From Pseudomonadales bacterium (lineage in GTDB: Bacteria; Pseudomonadota; Gammaproteobacteria; Pseudomonadales; IMCC2047), in the NCBI GenBank assembly GCA_036960805.1, contig JBALXL010000005.1, positions 15,300 to 79,299 on the forward strand: DNA of 64,000 nucleotides, in the 5' to 3' direction. The position numbers and the translations under genes are program-made. Shown here in pieces: positions 22,956 to 31,294 of the stretch. Within the stretch, counting starts at the first letter, position 1. Each line of letters begins with the position of its first letter. The notes beneath the pieces are model-generated. The model was not told the DNA's origin. It was given only the letters and a program-made list of their open reading frames with translations, and ran no database searches.

Positions 22956-22966
22956 GCCGCAAACGC

Positions 22967-23200
22967 ATGAAAAAACGCTTTATAGCTGGCGCGGTATGCC
23001 CACGTTGCGCGGAAATGGACAAGATCGTCATGTACGAACAGGACGGTAAAAATTTCCGTGAGTGCGTGGTCTGCGATTATGAGGATGAAATGCCCGCTGC
23101 TGGTGGTGCTTATGAGATTCCAACGCGCGTGAAGGAAAAACCGGTAGAGCCCGAATCTACTGTGCAAATACTTAACTTTGTTGATCCAAAAAACGATTGA
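22967..23200 (+). CDS. yheV: YheV-family putative zinc-ribbon protein
   Basis: 77 aa with a CPRC...CVVC zinc-ribbon arrangement and a YheV-like N-terminus (MKKRFIAGAVCPRC). Confidence 0.7.
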   Translation: MKKRFIAGAVCPRCAEMDKIVMYEQDGKNFRECVVCDYEDEMPAAGGAYEIPTRVKEKPVEPESTVQILNFVDPKND

Positions 23201-23242
23201 TTTACGCTTTCACCTCCCCCTCTTTCCTGCTCTGTTCAACGT

Positions 23243-23271
23243 AAGCCAAATAGCTCGTTTATTTGGCTTTA
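23243..23271 (+). terminator. Candidate rho-independent terminator after yheV
   Basis: AAGCCAAATA (23243-23252) pairs with TATTTGGCTT (23260-23269) across a 7-nt loop, followed by a short T-rich tail. Confidence 0.5.
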
Positions 23272-23345
23272 TCAGCTACACTTAATTTCTAAATAGGCTG
23301 ATCCAGTCGGCCGCGTGTTTCTGCTATTTGTCTATCGAGGGCAAA

Positions 23346-24653
23346 ATGAAAAAAGTATTTGTGCTGATTCTTTTGGTTGTGGCTATTGTTGTTGGCGTTA
23401 AAGGCTTTATTTATTATAAGGTTACGACGCAACTTGATGATGCGATTGCGCTGGTAAGCCCCTTCGTTTTGATTACTTATGAAGATGTGAGCAGCAGCCT
23501 TGAAGGCGAAGTGAATGTCGAAGGCGTCAAAATTAAAGCCTATGGCAACAGCTTGGAGCTGGCCATTGATGATGTGGGTGTTAAATTTCCAGACCTACAA
23601 ACGTTGATGTTTATTGGCGATGACCTAAAAAAACAACGCCTGCCTGAACAGATGAAGCTGACCCTAGATCATGTGCGAATGGATCTTCAGCATCTTGAAC
23701 CTTACATGATGCTGATTGAATCTCAGAGCCCGCAACCATTCCAGGATTATACCTTGCTGGGCTGTGGTGATCTCGAAACTGCGAGTCCACTGAACGTCTT
23801 GCAGCAGCTGGGTTACAGCGAACTAGATAGCACCCTGAAACTGGGCTATCGCTGGGACAGAGCATCCAAGCGCTTCACGATTGATAGCGACTTCCGCTGG
23901 CATGAAATGACCAGCAGCGCCGTAACGATTGATATCGATCAGATTGCTGCGCTCTCTGCAGCGGCGTTAATGTCTCAACCTGAACTCAAGCGTATTTCGG
24001 TCAATATTGAAGATGAGGGTTATAACACTCGTCTTCTGAATCATTGCGCAGCCGAACAAAATGTCAGTAAGGATGATTTTGTTGCCCTTCATATAGCGTT
24101 GATGAAAACAGCCTTAGCTAAGCAGGGTATCAGCCTTAGTGAGCGTGTTTTTGATGCCTACCAATATTACCTGAATGCTGAAGGCGGGCTGATGTTGCAG
24201 ATGCGTCCTGGCGATATTCAGCAATTAGCCAACCTCGATATGTTTAAGCCAAGCGATATTCCTGATCTGTTAGGCTTGGAAATTCACATGGGCGATGAGG
24301 TTATTCGTGATATTGAATTTGACTGGGATGAAGGCAAATTCAAGCAAACCATGGCTACTCTGATCGAGCAACCCAAGGCTAAAGCGGCCGCGACTGAATC
24401 TAAATCTAAACCCATGCAGCAGGAAGTCTCAGGGCCTCAATTTTCCGAAGTAAATCCGTCCAGATTAGCGAGTCAAATGCACCAAACTTTGCGGATCACC
24501 ACCTTTGATAAGCGAAAACTTGAAGGGATACTGCGCAAAATTACTGACGAACGTATTTATATCGACGTGCCGATGGCTGGAGGTAATGCCACGCTGCCCG
24601 TGCGTATTGCCGATATTAGTTTGGTTAAGGTTCTGCTGGAATCAGCCCCGTAA
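23346..24653 (+). CDS. Membrane-anchored hypothetical protein (no family recognised)
   Basis: About 435 aa from the ATG at 23346 (MKKVFVLILLVVAIVVGV... is one N-terminal TM helix). It has good coding character and an Ala/Lys-rich linker before a small C-terminal domain. Confidence 0.6.
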   Translation: MKKVFVLILLVVAIVVGVKGFIYYKVTTQLDDAIALVSPFVLITYEDVSSSLEGEVNVEGVKIKAYGNSLELAIDDVGVKFPDLQTLMFIGDDLKKQRLPEQMKLTLDHVRMDLQHLEPYMMLIESQSPQPFQDYTLLGCGDLETASPLNVLQQLGYSELDSTLKLGYRWDRASKRFTIDSDFRWHEMTSSAVTIDIDQIAALSAAALMSQPELKRISVNIEDEGYNTRLLNHCAAEQNVSKDDFVALHIALMKTALAKQGISLSERVFDAYQYYLNAEGGLMLQMRPGDIQQLANLDMFKPSDIPDLLGLEIHMGDEVIRDIEFDWDEGKFKQTMATLIEQPKAKAAATESKSKPMQQEVSGPQFSEVNPSRLASQMHQTLRITTFDKRKLEGILRKITDERIYIDVPMAGGNATLPVRIADISLVKVLLESAP

Positions 24654-24708
24654 AGCAGTTGCAGGGCATTGGTGAAGCCTGTAACTTTGCCGACTTACTA
24701 AAGAGTCG

Positions 24709-25326
24709 GTGGATGGAAACGTTGTGCAAATAGTCTGTCTTGATCTGGAAAGTATCCTGATCCCGGAAATCTGGATCGAATTTGCTCAGCGTACCGGCAT
24801 TGAAGAGTTGCGCGCCACAACCCGTGAAGTGCCGGACTACGACGTATTGATGCGCCAGCGTTTACGGCTGTTAAATGAGCATCAATTAGGGCTCAAAGAA
24901 ATCCAGGCTGTGATAGCCGAAATGGAACCGCTTACCGGTGCCGTGGAGTTTCTCGAATGGCTCAGACCACGCTATCAAGTGGTCATCATCTCCGACACCT
25001 TCTACGAATTTTCTCAACCGCTAATGCAAAAGCTCGGCTGGCCTACTTTACTGGCTCATCATTTAGTGTGTGATGACAATGAGCGAGTTGTTGATTACAA
25101 ATTGCGCCAGACCGATCCCAAGCGCCATTCAGTGATTGCCCTACAACAGCTGGATTATCAGGTGATTGCCGTCGGGGACTCCCATAACGACATCAGTATG
25201 CTGGAACAGGCCGATACCGGCATTCTGTTCAACAGTCCTGACGCGGTAAAAGCCGCTTATCCGCAGTTTCCTGTTACGGAAAGCTACGAAGAGTTAAAAG
25301 AGCAAATTCTGAAAGTTTCGTCATAG
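24709..25326 (+). CDS. thrH: Phosphoserine phosphatase / homoserine phosphotransferase ThrH (HAD family)
   Basis: Aligns by eye along its full length with Pseudomonas ThrH (CLDLE..L.PEIWI.FA..TGI, VIISDTFYEFSQPLM.KLG.PTLL, GDSHND.SML). The start is GTG 24709 or GTG 24724. Confidence 0.85.
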   Translation: MDGNVVQIVCLDLESILIPEIWIEFAQRTGIEELRATTREVPDYDVLMRQRLRLLNEHQLGLKEIQAVIAEMEPLTGAVEFLEWLRPRYQVVIISDTFYEFSQPLMQKLGWPTLLAHHLVCDDNERVVDYKLRQTDPKRHSVIALQQLDYQVIAVGDSHNDISMLEQADTGILFNSPDAVKAAYPQFPVTESYEELKEQILKVSS

Positions 25327-25394
25327 CCAAGAGCGCCATCCATCGTCATACCGGACTTGCCTTGGCATCCAGATTTTTGTTTTGATTTCGATAG

Positions 25395-25414
25395 ATTCCG
25401 GCTTGCGCCGGAAT
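25395..25414. repeat. REP-like palindromic element (ATTCCGG-N6-CCGGAAT) flanked by GTCAT/ATGAC
   Basis: Perfect 7-bp inverted repeat between convergent thrH and cbiX. A degenerate copy in the opposite orientation lies at about 25344-25372 (CGTCATACCGGACTTGCCTTGGCATCC). Confidence 0.45.
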
Positions 25415-25426
25415 GACGATCAATTG

Positions 25427-25454
25427 TTCTTACTTCTTACTTCTTACTTCTTAC
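25427..25454. repeat. Heptanucleotide tandem repeat (TTCTTAC) x4
   Basis: Four perfect head-to-tail copies read directly from the sequence. They span the stop codon and last codons (..CKK*) of the cbiX-like gene. Confidence 0.9.
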
Positions 25455-26724
25455 AACTAGGCGTTCCAGCCCCTGGCTCTTCACCTTTGGCAGCGTGAGC
25501 AGCCCGCTCCTCATCAATAACTTCCTGCGGGAACTGTCCCATAAAGCAGCAGCACACATTCTCGTCAATCATCGTGCGTGGCCCGTGGGGGTGGGCAATG
25601 TGGCGATAGGGCGCGTGGTGGTGACCATGCCCGTGAGAGTGACCGTGGTCGTGACTATGTGAATGATCTTGCGAATGGCTATGATCATGATCGGAGTGCG
25701 CGTGAGTTTGGCCATGCGAATGATCGTGGTCAGAGTGCTCATGTGGCGTACCCTGTCCGTGCGACTGGCCCTGTTCGTGGCTGTGTCCATGATCGTGTGA
25801 ATGCTCGTGACCATGAGCTTCATCATCCGACGGATCAGCAGCTTCCCCTTGGAATTCGGCATGATGGTGATGCACATCAATTTCACCGCGCGCCAGACGC
25901 TCTTTGAAGCTGGCCATCAAACCGCCGCCTTTTTCTTCACTGCGGATCGTTTCGTTTAGACGCAGTTCAAAAGTGTCGATCACATGCGATTGGTCACGCA
26001 GGTAATCCGCCTTGAAGTATTCAATGTCAGGCTGCTCACTAGCAACTTTATCCACGTAGGCATAAATTCGGTCGATCAAACGGCCGCCAAACAGGAAGTA
26101 GGGCGCCACAACAATTTTCTTGAAGCCCAGTTTTGCAGCCATTTCCAAGCCGCGACCTACAGAAGGGAAAGTTACACCGGAATAAACCGTTTCTGCCCAA
26201 CCAAAACCAAGATTCTCAGTAACAATACGCGTTAGCTTGGCGGCTTCCGCATTGGCTTCAACTACCGATGTGCCACGGCCAACAACAACCAGCATGGTGT
26301 CATACAGCGTGCCCACTTCCGGTATTTCCGTTAAACCAACAGCTTCTAAAATACGTTGCTGGAAAGCCAGAACCATCTCGTTATGCAGGCCAAGCTCTTT
26401 ACCGTACTCAATGGTCAGGTGCGGGTGCTTTTCTTGATAGGTCGTTAATACGGAGGGAATGTCATTTTGCGCGTGCGTCGCGGCAAACAGCATGCCCGGT
26501 ACTGCGTAAATGTGATCAACACCCTGTTCAAGCAACTTATCCAGCGCCATGTGTATATTCGGCGCAGAGTATTCCAGAAAGCCGTATTCCGCTTTGATGC
26601 CCGGATAACGGGCCCGTAGGCCAGCCGCCAATGAAGCAAATTCTTCTTCGGCAATCTTGGCGCGGCTGCCATGGCCGCAAATGATGACGCCCGCATTATC
26701 GGGTAGTGAAGCTAAATCAAGCAT
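25444..26724 (-). CDS. cbiX: Long-form CbiX/SirB-type sirohydrochlorin (cobalt/ferro)chelatase with His-rich C-terminal extension
   Basis: 426 aa with two CbiX half-domains (VIICGHGSR..., MLVVVGRGTS...VVAPYFLFGG). These are followed by about 90 aa dominated by H-x-H / D-H repeats and a CCC motif (ENVCCCFMG). Confidence 0.85.
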   Translation of the reverse strand: MLDLASLPDNAGVIICGHGSRAKIAEEEFASLAAGLRARYPGIKAEYGFLEYSAPNIHMALDKLLEQGVDHIYAVPGMLFAATHAQNDIPSVLTTYQEKHPHLTIEYGKELGLHNEMVLAFQQRILEAVGLTEIPEVGTLYDTMLVVVGRGTSVVEANAEAAKLTRIVTENLGFGWAETVYSGVTFPSVGRGLEMAAKLGFKKIVVAPYFLFGGRLIDRIYAYVDKVASEQPDIEYFKADYLRDQSHVIDTFELRLNETIRSEEKGGGLMASFKERLARGEIDVHHHHAEFQGEAADPSDDEAHGHEHSHDHGHSHEQGQSHGQGTPHEHSDHDHSHGQTHAHSDHDHSHSQDHSHSHDHGHSHGHGHHHAPYRHIAHPHGPRTMIDENVCCCFMGQFPQEVIDEERAAHAAKGEEPGAGTPSCKK

Positions 26725-27028
26725 GGGTGTATTCTCTCCTGTGGCCGCGAATTATAGGGGAGAATCAATGCAGGTAAAACCGGAAAAATTTAGGACGGGA
26801 GACAATATGAGGTATTTGTTTTCTGTCTATTGTTAGCTACAGTTAGCAGGGTTATAAAGCTCACACATTCTTAATGGATTTCTGGCCACGGACTGGTTCG
26901 TATGACTCCCCTTTGTAGCGCTCGCGCCATAAAAAATATGCACCTTGTTCATCATGGTGCACCACAGGCTGGCTGCGCGTTTTACACGCCTGTTAACCGA
27001 TTCTTATGAACTTTAGGAGTAATAAATA

Positions 27029-27274
27029 ATGACGAGACTGTTTCTGGTATTGGGAATTATTTTGTTGCTGGCGACGTTTATATGGATGCTTAAAAATCAC
27101 TTGGCGCGTGACAACAAAATAGACGAACTGCGTAAAGTCGAATTAGAAAGTGATTTGATGGATATCGATAAAGACATTGCCAAAGAAAAGGCGCATCAAA
27201 AGAACGTTTCTTCGGAAATTGACGAATTGAATTCAGTAAATAATAAAAATGAGAAGGAAAGTTCGAATGATTAA
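27029..27274 (+). CDS. Small membrane protein with acidic coiled-coil tail (hypothetical)
   Basis: 81 aa with one N-terminal TM helix followed by a charged helix. Its stop overlaps the downstream SPFH gene start (ATGATTAA). Confidence 0.5.
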   Translation: MTRLFLVLGIILLLATFIWMLKNHLARDNKIDELRKVELESDLMDIDKDIAKEKAHQKNVSSEIDELNSVNNKNEKESSND

Positions 27275-28514
27275 AATTCCCGCCAAGTTAATGGTTGTTG
27301 GATTATTGTTTTTAGCGACTCTGGTAGTCGCGTTTATGGCGTTTGGCATTAACAACGCCGGCCACAGAACCGTTGTGCAGTATCCAACCGGCACGCTGTA
27401 TGTGAAATTCAGTCCGGGTATCTACCCGCAGTGGTTTGGCACAACCGAAGTTTACAATGATGTAATTACTTTTGATTATGATAAATCAAATTCTGATGAG
27501 GGGTCATCAATTGATCAAACGGGCATCTCGGTTCGTTATCAGGATGGTGGTACCGGCACAGTTTACGGTAAAGCACGTTTCTCATTGCCCGGCGATGAAA
27601 ATACCATGCTGCATTTGCACAAAGCATTCCGATCTAACCGCGGTGTTTCGCAAAAGCTGATCAAATCAGTGACCGAAGAAGGCATGAACTTAACCGCCGG
27701 CTTAATGAGCTCGGAAGAAGCCTATGCTGAAAAACGTAGCATCTATACGCAGTGGTCCAGTCAGCAAATCTCGAAAGGTAAATTCCAAACCAGACTGCAA
27801 AAAATCAACACGGTCGATGAAGGCACTGGTAAAACAGTGACTAAAAATGTCCCCGTGATTAGCTATGGTGAAGATGGTCTGCCCGTTCATCTTGAAAGTG
27901 ATCTGGCGAACTACGGCGTTAGCGTTAACGGCTTCCAAATCACCGATTGGGATTTTGAACCAAAAACGCTGCAACAAATCGCCACCAAACGTGAAGCTAC
28001 CATGGCTATTATTACCGCCATCGCCAATGCCGAGCGTGCTAAACAGGACGCCATTACCTCCGAAGAGCAAGGTAAAGCTAACGTAATGACGGCTAAGTAC
28101 CAGAAAGAGGTGCTTAAAGAGCAAGCCATCGTTGATGCACAACGAGAAAAATCCGTTGCTGTGATTGCAGCTGAAAAACGGGTGGAAATGGCACGTCAGC
28201 AGAAGCTTGAAGCCGAGCAAAAGAAACTAGCCGCGGTTGAGTATAAGCAGGAACAAATTCTGCGTGGTGAAGGTGATGGCGCCTATAAACGTCTTGTTAT
28301 CGAAGCCGATGGCGCACTTGCGCAAAAGTTAGCAACCTATGAAAAAGTGATGAACCGCTTTGCTCAGGCCATTGAGAAACAAAAATGGGTGCCAGAAATA
28401 CAAATGGGCGGCGATTCAACTAGCAGCGGTGGTGCAAACGCCATGACGTTGATTGAAATGATGGGTGTTAAAGCCGCTAAGGATTTAGCGCTAGATATGA
28501 ATATTAAGAAGTAG
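27267..28514 (+). CDS. SPFH/band-7 (flotillin/HflK-like) domain membrane protein
   Basis: About 415 aa from the ATG at 27267, with AAGGAA 8-10 nt upstream. It has an N-terminal TM helix, an SPFH-like core and a long Ala/Glu/Lys/Gln-rich coiled coil (AERAKQDAITSEEQGKA...QQKLEAEQKKLAA). Confidence 0.78.
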   Translation: MIKIPAKLMVVGLLFLATLVVAFMAFGINNAGHRTVVQYPTGTLYVKFSPGIYPQWFGTTEVYNDVITFDYDKSNSDEGSSIDQTGISVRYQDGGTGTVYGKARFSLPGDENTMLHLHKAFRSNRGVSQKLIKSVTEEGMNLTAGLMSSEEAYAEKRSIYTQWSSQQISKGKFQTRLQKINTVDEGTGKTVTKNVPVISYGEDGLPVHLESDLANYGVSVNGFQITDWDFEPKTLQQIATKREATMAIITAIANAERAKQDAITSEEQGKANVMTAKYQKEVLKEQAIVDAQREKSVAVIAAEKRVEMARQQKLEAEQKKLAAVEYKQEQILRGEGDGAYKRLVIEADGALAQKLATYEKVMNRFAQAIEKQKWVPEIQMGGDSTSSGGANAMTLIEMMGVKAAKDLALDMNIKK

Positions 28515-28520
28515 CATTGT

Positions 28521-28544
28521 AAGGGGCTAAGCAGCCCCTTTTTT
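28521..28544 (+). terminator. Rho-independent terminator of the SPFH operon
   Basis: AAGGGGCT (28521-28528) pairs with AGCCCCTT (28533-28540) across a 4-nt loop, running into a T6 tract. Confidence 0.85.
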
Positions 28545-28566
28545 AAGCCATTCAGGTTTTACCAAA

Positions 28567-29478
28567 ATGTCCGATCAGCAAACACTTGCCACATTAAATA
28601 ATCAATTCGGTATCAACGGCCAGTTACAGTTCAAGGTGACTGGCGGCTTGATTGTGGCTGAAATAACCAATGATCACTCGCAAGCGAGCATTGTGTTGCA
28701 GGGCGCGCAGGTGTTGTCCTGGGTGCCTAACGGCGAGCAGCCGGTGATCTGGCTTTCTGACGAAGCGACGTTTATTACGGATAAAACCATTCGTGGTGGC
28801 ATTCCGGTTTGTTGGCCCTGGTTTGGTGCGCATCCTGATAATAACGAAGCGCCTGCCCATGGTTTTGTCCGAGCTGCGGCTTGGGCTGTAGTTGAGACAA
28901 AGTCGCTGGATGCCGGGCAAACACGCATTGTATTTCGCCTGCCGCAAACGGAAGTACCCTTAGAGTTATGGCCACACAACACCGAGTTGGAGTTTCAGGT
29001 CACTGTTGGCGCAAGACTTGAGCTGAACTTGATTACGCGCAACAAAGGCGCTGAAGCTGTCACCATCAGTCAGGCGTTACACAGTTATTTTACGGTGAGT
29101 GATATAAATCAGGTGGCGATTAAAGGGCTGGAAGACTGCCAGTTTATTGATGCCCTTGATGATTGGCAGCGCAAAGTCGAAACAAACTCGATTAGCATTG
29201 ATGCGGAAATTGACCGCATTTACCAAAACACCAAGCCCGTCTGTTTGCTTGAAGATGCCGGCTGGCAGCGCGGTATCAGCATTGAAACTACCAACAGCCA
29301 GTCAACCGTTGTCTGGAACCCCTGGATTGATAAATCAGTCCGGTTAGGTGATATGGGCGAGGGCGGTTATTTGAACATGCTCTGCATTGAGACCGGCAAT
29401 ATTGCTGATGATAACGTCAGCATTGCAGCGGGTGCGGAGCATTGTTTGGGTGTTTGTTATCGAGTTGTAAAAATTTGA
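28567..29478 (+). CDS. D-hexose-6-phosphate mutarotase (aldose 1-epimerase family, YeaD-like)
   Basis: 303 aa with RGGIPVCWPWFG and HGFVR motifs typical of YeaD. Confidence 0.87.
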   Translation: MSDQQTLATLNNQFGINGQLQFKVTGGLIVAEITNDHSQASIVLQGAQVLSWVPNGEQPVIWLSDEATFITDKTIRGGIPVCWPWFGAHPDNNEAPAHGFVRAAAWAVVETKSLDAGQTRIVFRLPQTEVPLELWPHNTELEFQVTVGARLELNLITRNKGAEAVTISQALHSYFTVSDINQVAIKGLEDCQFIDALDDWQRKVETNSISIDAEIDRIYQNTKPVCLLEDAGWQRGISIETTNSQSTVVWNPWIDKSVRLGDMGEGGYLNMLCIETGNIADDNVSIAAGAEHCLGVCYRVVKI

Positions 29479-29596
29479 GTTGAGTCGCTATTAGGTTTTT
29501 ATACTGATTCTAAATATCCACAGGAGACTTTTTGAGATTACGTTTTAGTTTATTCTTGAATGACCGGTTTCGACCCAAAGCGGTCATTTGATAGCT

Positions 29597-29623
29597 ATAA
29601 AAAACCCCACACAATGGTGGGGG
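29597..29623 (-). terminator. Rho-independent terminator of the PEP-CTERM gene
   Basis: On the minus strand, CCCCAC/GTGGGG form a stem followed by TTTTTTAT, 18 nt after the stop. Confidence 0.75.
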
Positions 29624-29640
29624 CATTCAAATAAAAACTC

Positions 29641-30285
29641 TTATATATTTTTTCTTTTCGCTAATCCAAATCCTGCTAGGCCAAGCCCTAATAGAGCAAG
29701 AGTGCTGGGTTCAGGAACCGTAGAGGTCGACGTAGAGCCTTCTATACTGAAAGCCATATGGTTAGTTTTTTGAACATTACTGGTACCAAAACTCTGCACA
29801 AGACCTGAACCAAAACCAGAATCACCATTGCCTATACTAGCCCTAGCAGTACCATCCATGTCTGTACTCACACCTAAAACGTAATTTCCAGCCAATAGAT
29901 TTATAGACAAGCCACTTAACGTTACGTCAAATCCGTTTGGAACAAGGTTATTAATTGATGTTAGGCCGTTTGGGGTCAAGCTACCAATCACACTAAATGT
30001 AGGGGTGATAACCGAGCCACCTACAGCGTCCAAGATAGTTACGAAGGTTTGTGTATAGCTGGAAGAGAGGATAGTAAAAATACTGTAGTTGATATCAGTT
30101 ATCGTAGAATTAGAGGCCAACTGGAAATCGTCAAAAATAGTATAACTAATAGCAGTAGCGCTATAGGTATTATTATGAGTAGTATTTGTGGGGTCAGTAG
30201 TGCCATTATCAAATAGTACAGTAGCGTACGTAGGGGCTGAAAAGCAGGCTATAGCAAGTGAGATGGCACCAATAAATTTAAACAT
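29641..30285 (-). CDS. PEP-CTERM sorting-domain secreted protein
   Basis: 214 aa with a signal peptide and a Thr/Ser/Asn-rich body. The C-terminus carries VPEPSTLALLGLGLAGFGLAKRK, which is the PEP motif plus a TM helix plus a basic tail. Confidence 0.8.
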   Translation of the reverse strand: MFKFIGAISLAIACFSAPTYATVLFDNGTTDPTNTTHNNTYSATAISYTIFDDFQLASNSTITDINYSIFTILSSSYTQTFVTILDAVGGSVITPTFSVIGSLTPNGLTSINNLVPNGFDVTLSGLSINLLAGNYVLGVSTDMDGTARASIGNGDSGFGSGLVQSFGTSNVQKTNHMAFSIEGSTSTSTVPEPSTLALLGLGLAGFGLAKRKNI

Positions 30286-30680
30286 TATTTATACCTTATT
30301 TATTGTTTATCTATGAAAATGCAAGTTCCGCACCATAAATATAAGCAAACAAAAACAAAGAGTTACATAAATAGACGATTCCAACTGTAAAATAACCTGA
30401 CGTTATTAGAGTATTTTTTAAGTGAATAATTTCACTAAGGCATAATATGCTGAAATATCTCAAGGCCAAATAAATTGAAACTCTGTATGCCTGCCCTTGG
30501 CACTAAGCGGACGGCCAGGTTATATCAAAACCTTGCTTTCAAACGTGTTAGATTAAGTCCGAACTAATACAAATTACTTATCTTTCAATTAAAGGGGTCG
30601 GTTAGAATTGCGATACCGTTCGTCGCATCCCCTTTTGACTGATTGATAAAAGCACCACCAAGCCAGCATTCGGAAGCTAA

Positions 30681-31004
30681 ATGAACAAGCGCGCCTATGA
30701 TCTATTTTTGAGTGTTTTGTCTAATGACAACTCTGCCATAGACCAAATAAGCACCTACAACGGTAGTGTCTACATTGAGCAGGGTGCTTTGGTTTTCTCT
30801 CTCACTGATCTATTTGATTTCCTCAGCCAGTCCTGCGAAGACAAAATCGACTACGCCGAATTCCAGCGGCAACTCTACCAGAGCACGCTTAACCAAGACC
30901 TAAAAGCCCACGGCGGCCAAGTGGTGGTTCACCGCTCAACGGGTAAGGTTGAGACGAATTTATATCGCCTTGAGCGTCTTCCTGTAGCCGATAACTCCTT
31001 GTAA
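30681..31004 (+). CDS. Hypothetical protein (orphan, no family recognised)
   Basis: 107-aa ORF in an AT-rich region. The coding call rests only on ORF length and a plausible amino-acid composition. Confidence 0.4.
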   Translation: MNKRAYDLFLSVLSNDNSAIDQISTYNGSVYIEQGALVFSLTDLFDFLSQSCEDKIDYAEFQRQLYQSTLNQDLKAHGGQVVVHRSTGKVETNLYRLERLPVADNSL

Positions 31005-31039
31005 AGAAAACTATAAAGACTTAACATTCCGCTACTCGA

Positions 31040-31250
31040 ACAGGTGCCAGCGCTTCAATTGCGAAGTTAGGATAATCGGGAAGTATGGATAGCGTGATCT
31101 TTGATCATCAATCCCATCGCTGCCCCCGCATCGGTAATGAAGAGTCGTTTACACAAGCCACTAGATTCAAGTGATCTGGGAAGGCGTAAACATTTTGGTT
31201 GAGCCATTTTTGACGCAACCCTCTTTGAGCCCGAAGACCGGCCTGCTCAT
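31040..31250 (+). promoter_or_regulatory. Cobalamin (AdoCbl) riboswitch
   Basis: Conserved elements appear in the correct order:
- GGTGCC (31043)
- AATCGGGAAG (31074)
- AATCCC (31110)
- CGCTGCCCCCGCATCGGTAA (31118-31137)
- AGCCACT...GGGAAGGC (31156-31185)
- B12-box-like GAGCCCGAAGACCGGCC (31227-31243)
It lies directly upstream of cbtB. Confidence 0.85.
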
Positions 31251-31294
31251 TAATTTAACCTTACTAAACGCACGGTGGGTGCAAGGTGTTAAAC

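Noticed and set aside
25427-25454. Heptamer array as a CRISPR array or a phase-variation switch
   Set aside because: It consists of four contiguous 7-nt units with no spacers, so it is not a CRISPR array. It lies at or after the stop codon, so slippage could alter only a few terminal residues. I kept it as a low-interest repeat only.
25569-25907. Two ~105-aa ORFs (one same-strand alternate frame, one antisense) across the cbiX 3' region
   Set aside because: They are produced by the low-complexity CAY/GAY (His/Asp) repeat DNA, which stays open in several frames. Only the 426-aa frame continues from a recognisable CbiX chelatase domain.
26725-27028. Possible riboswitch or leader upstream of cbiX (304-nt divergent region)
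   Set aside because: Reading the minus strand, I find none of the B12-element blocks (GGGAAG, GCCCCCGC, GCCACTG, B12 box). Only short hairpins are present, for example TGCACC-N11-GGTGCA at about 26939-26961.
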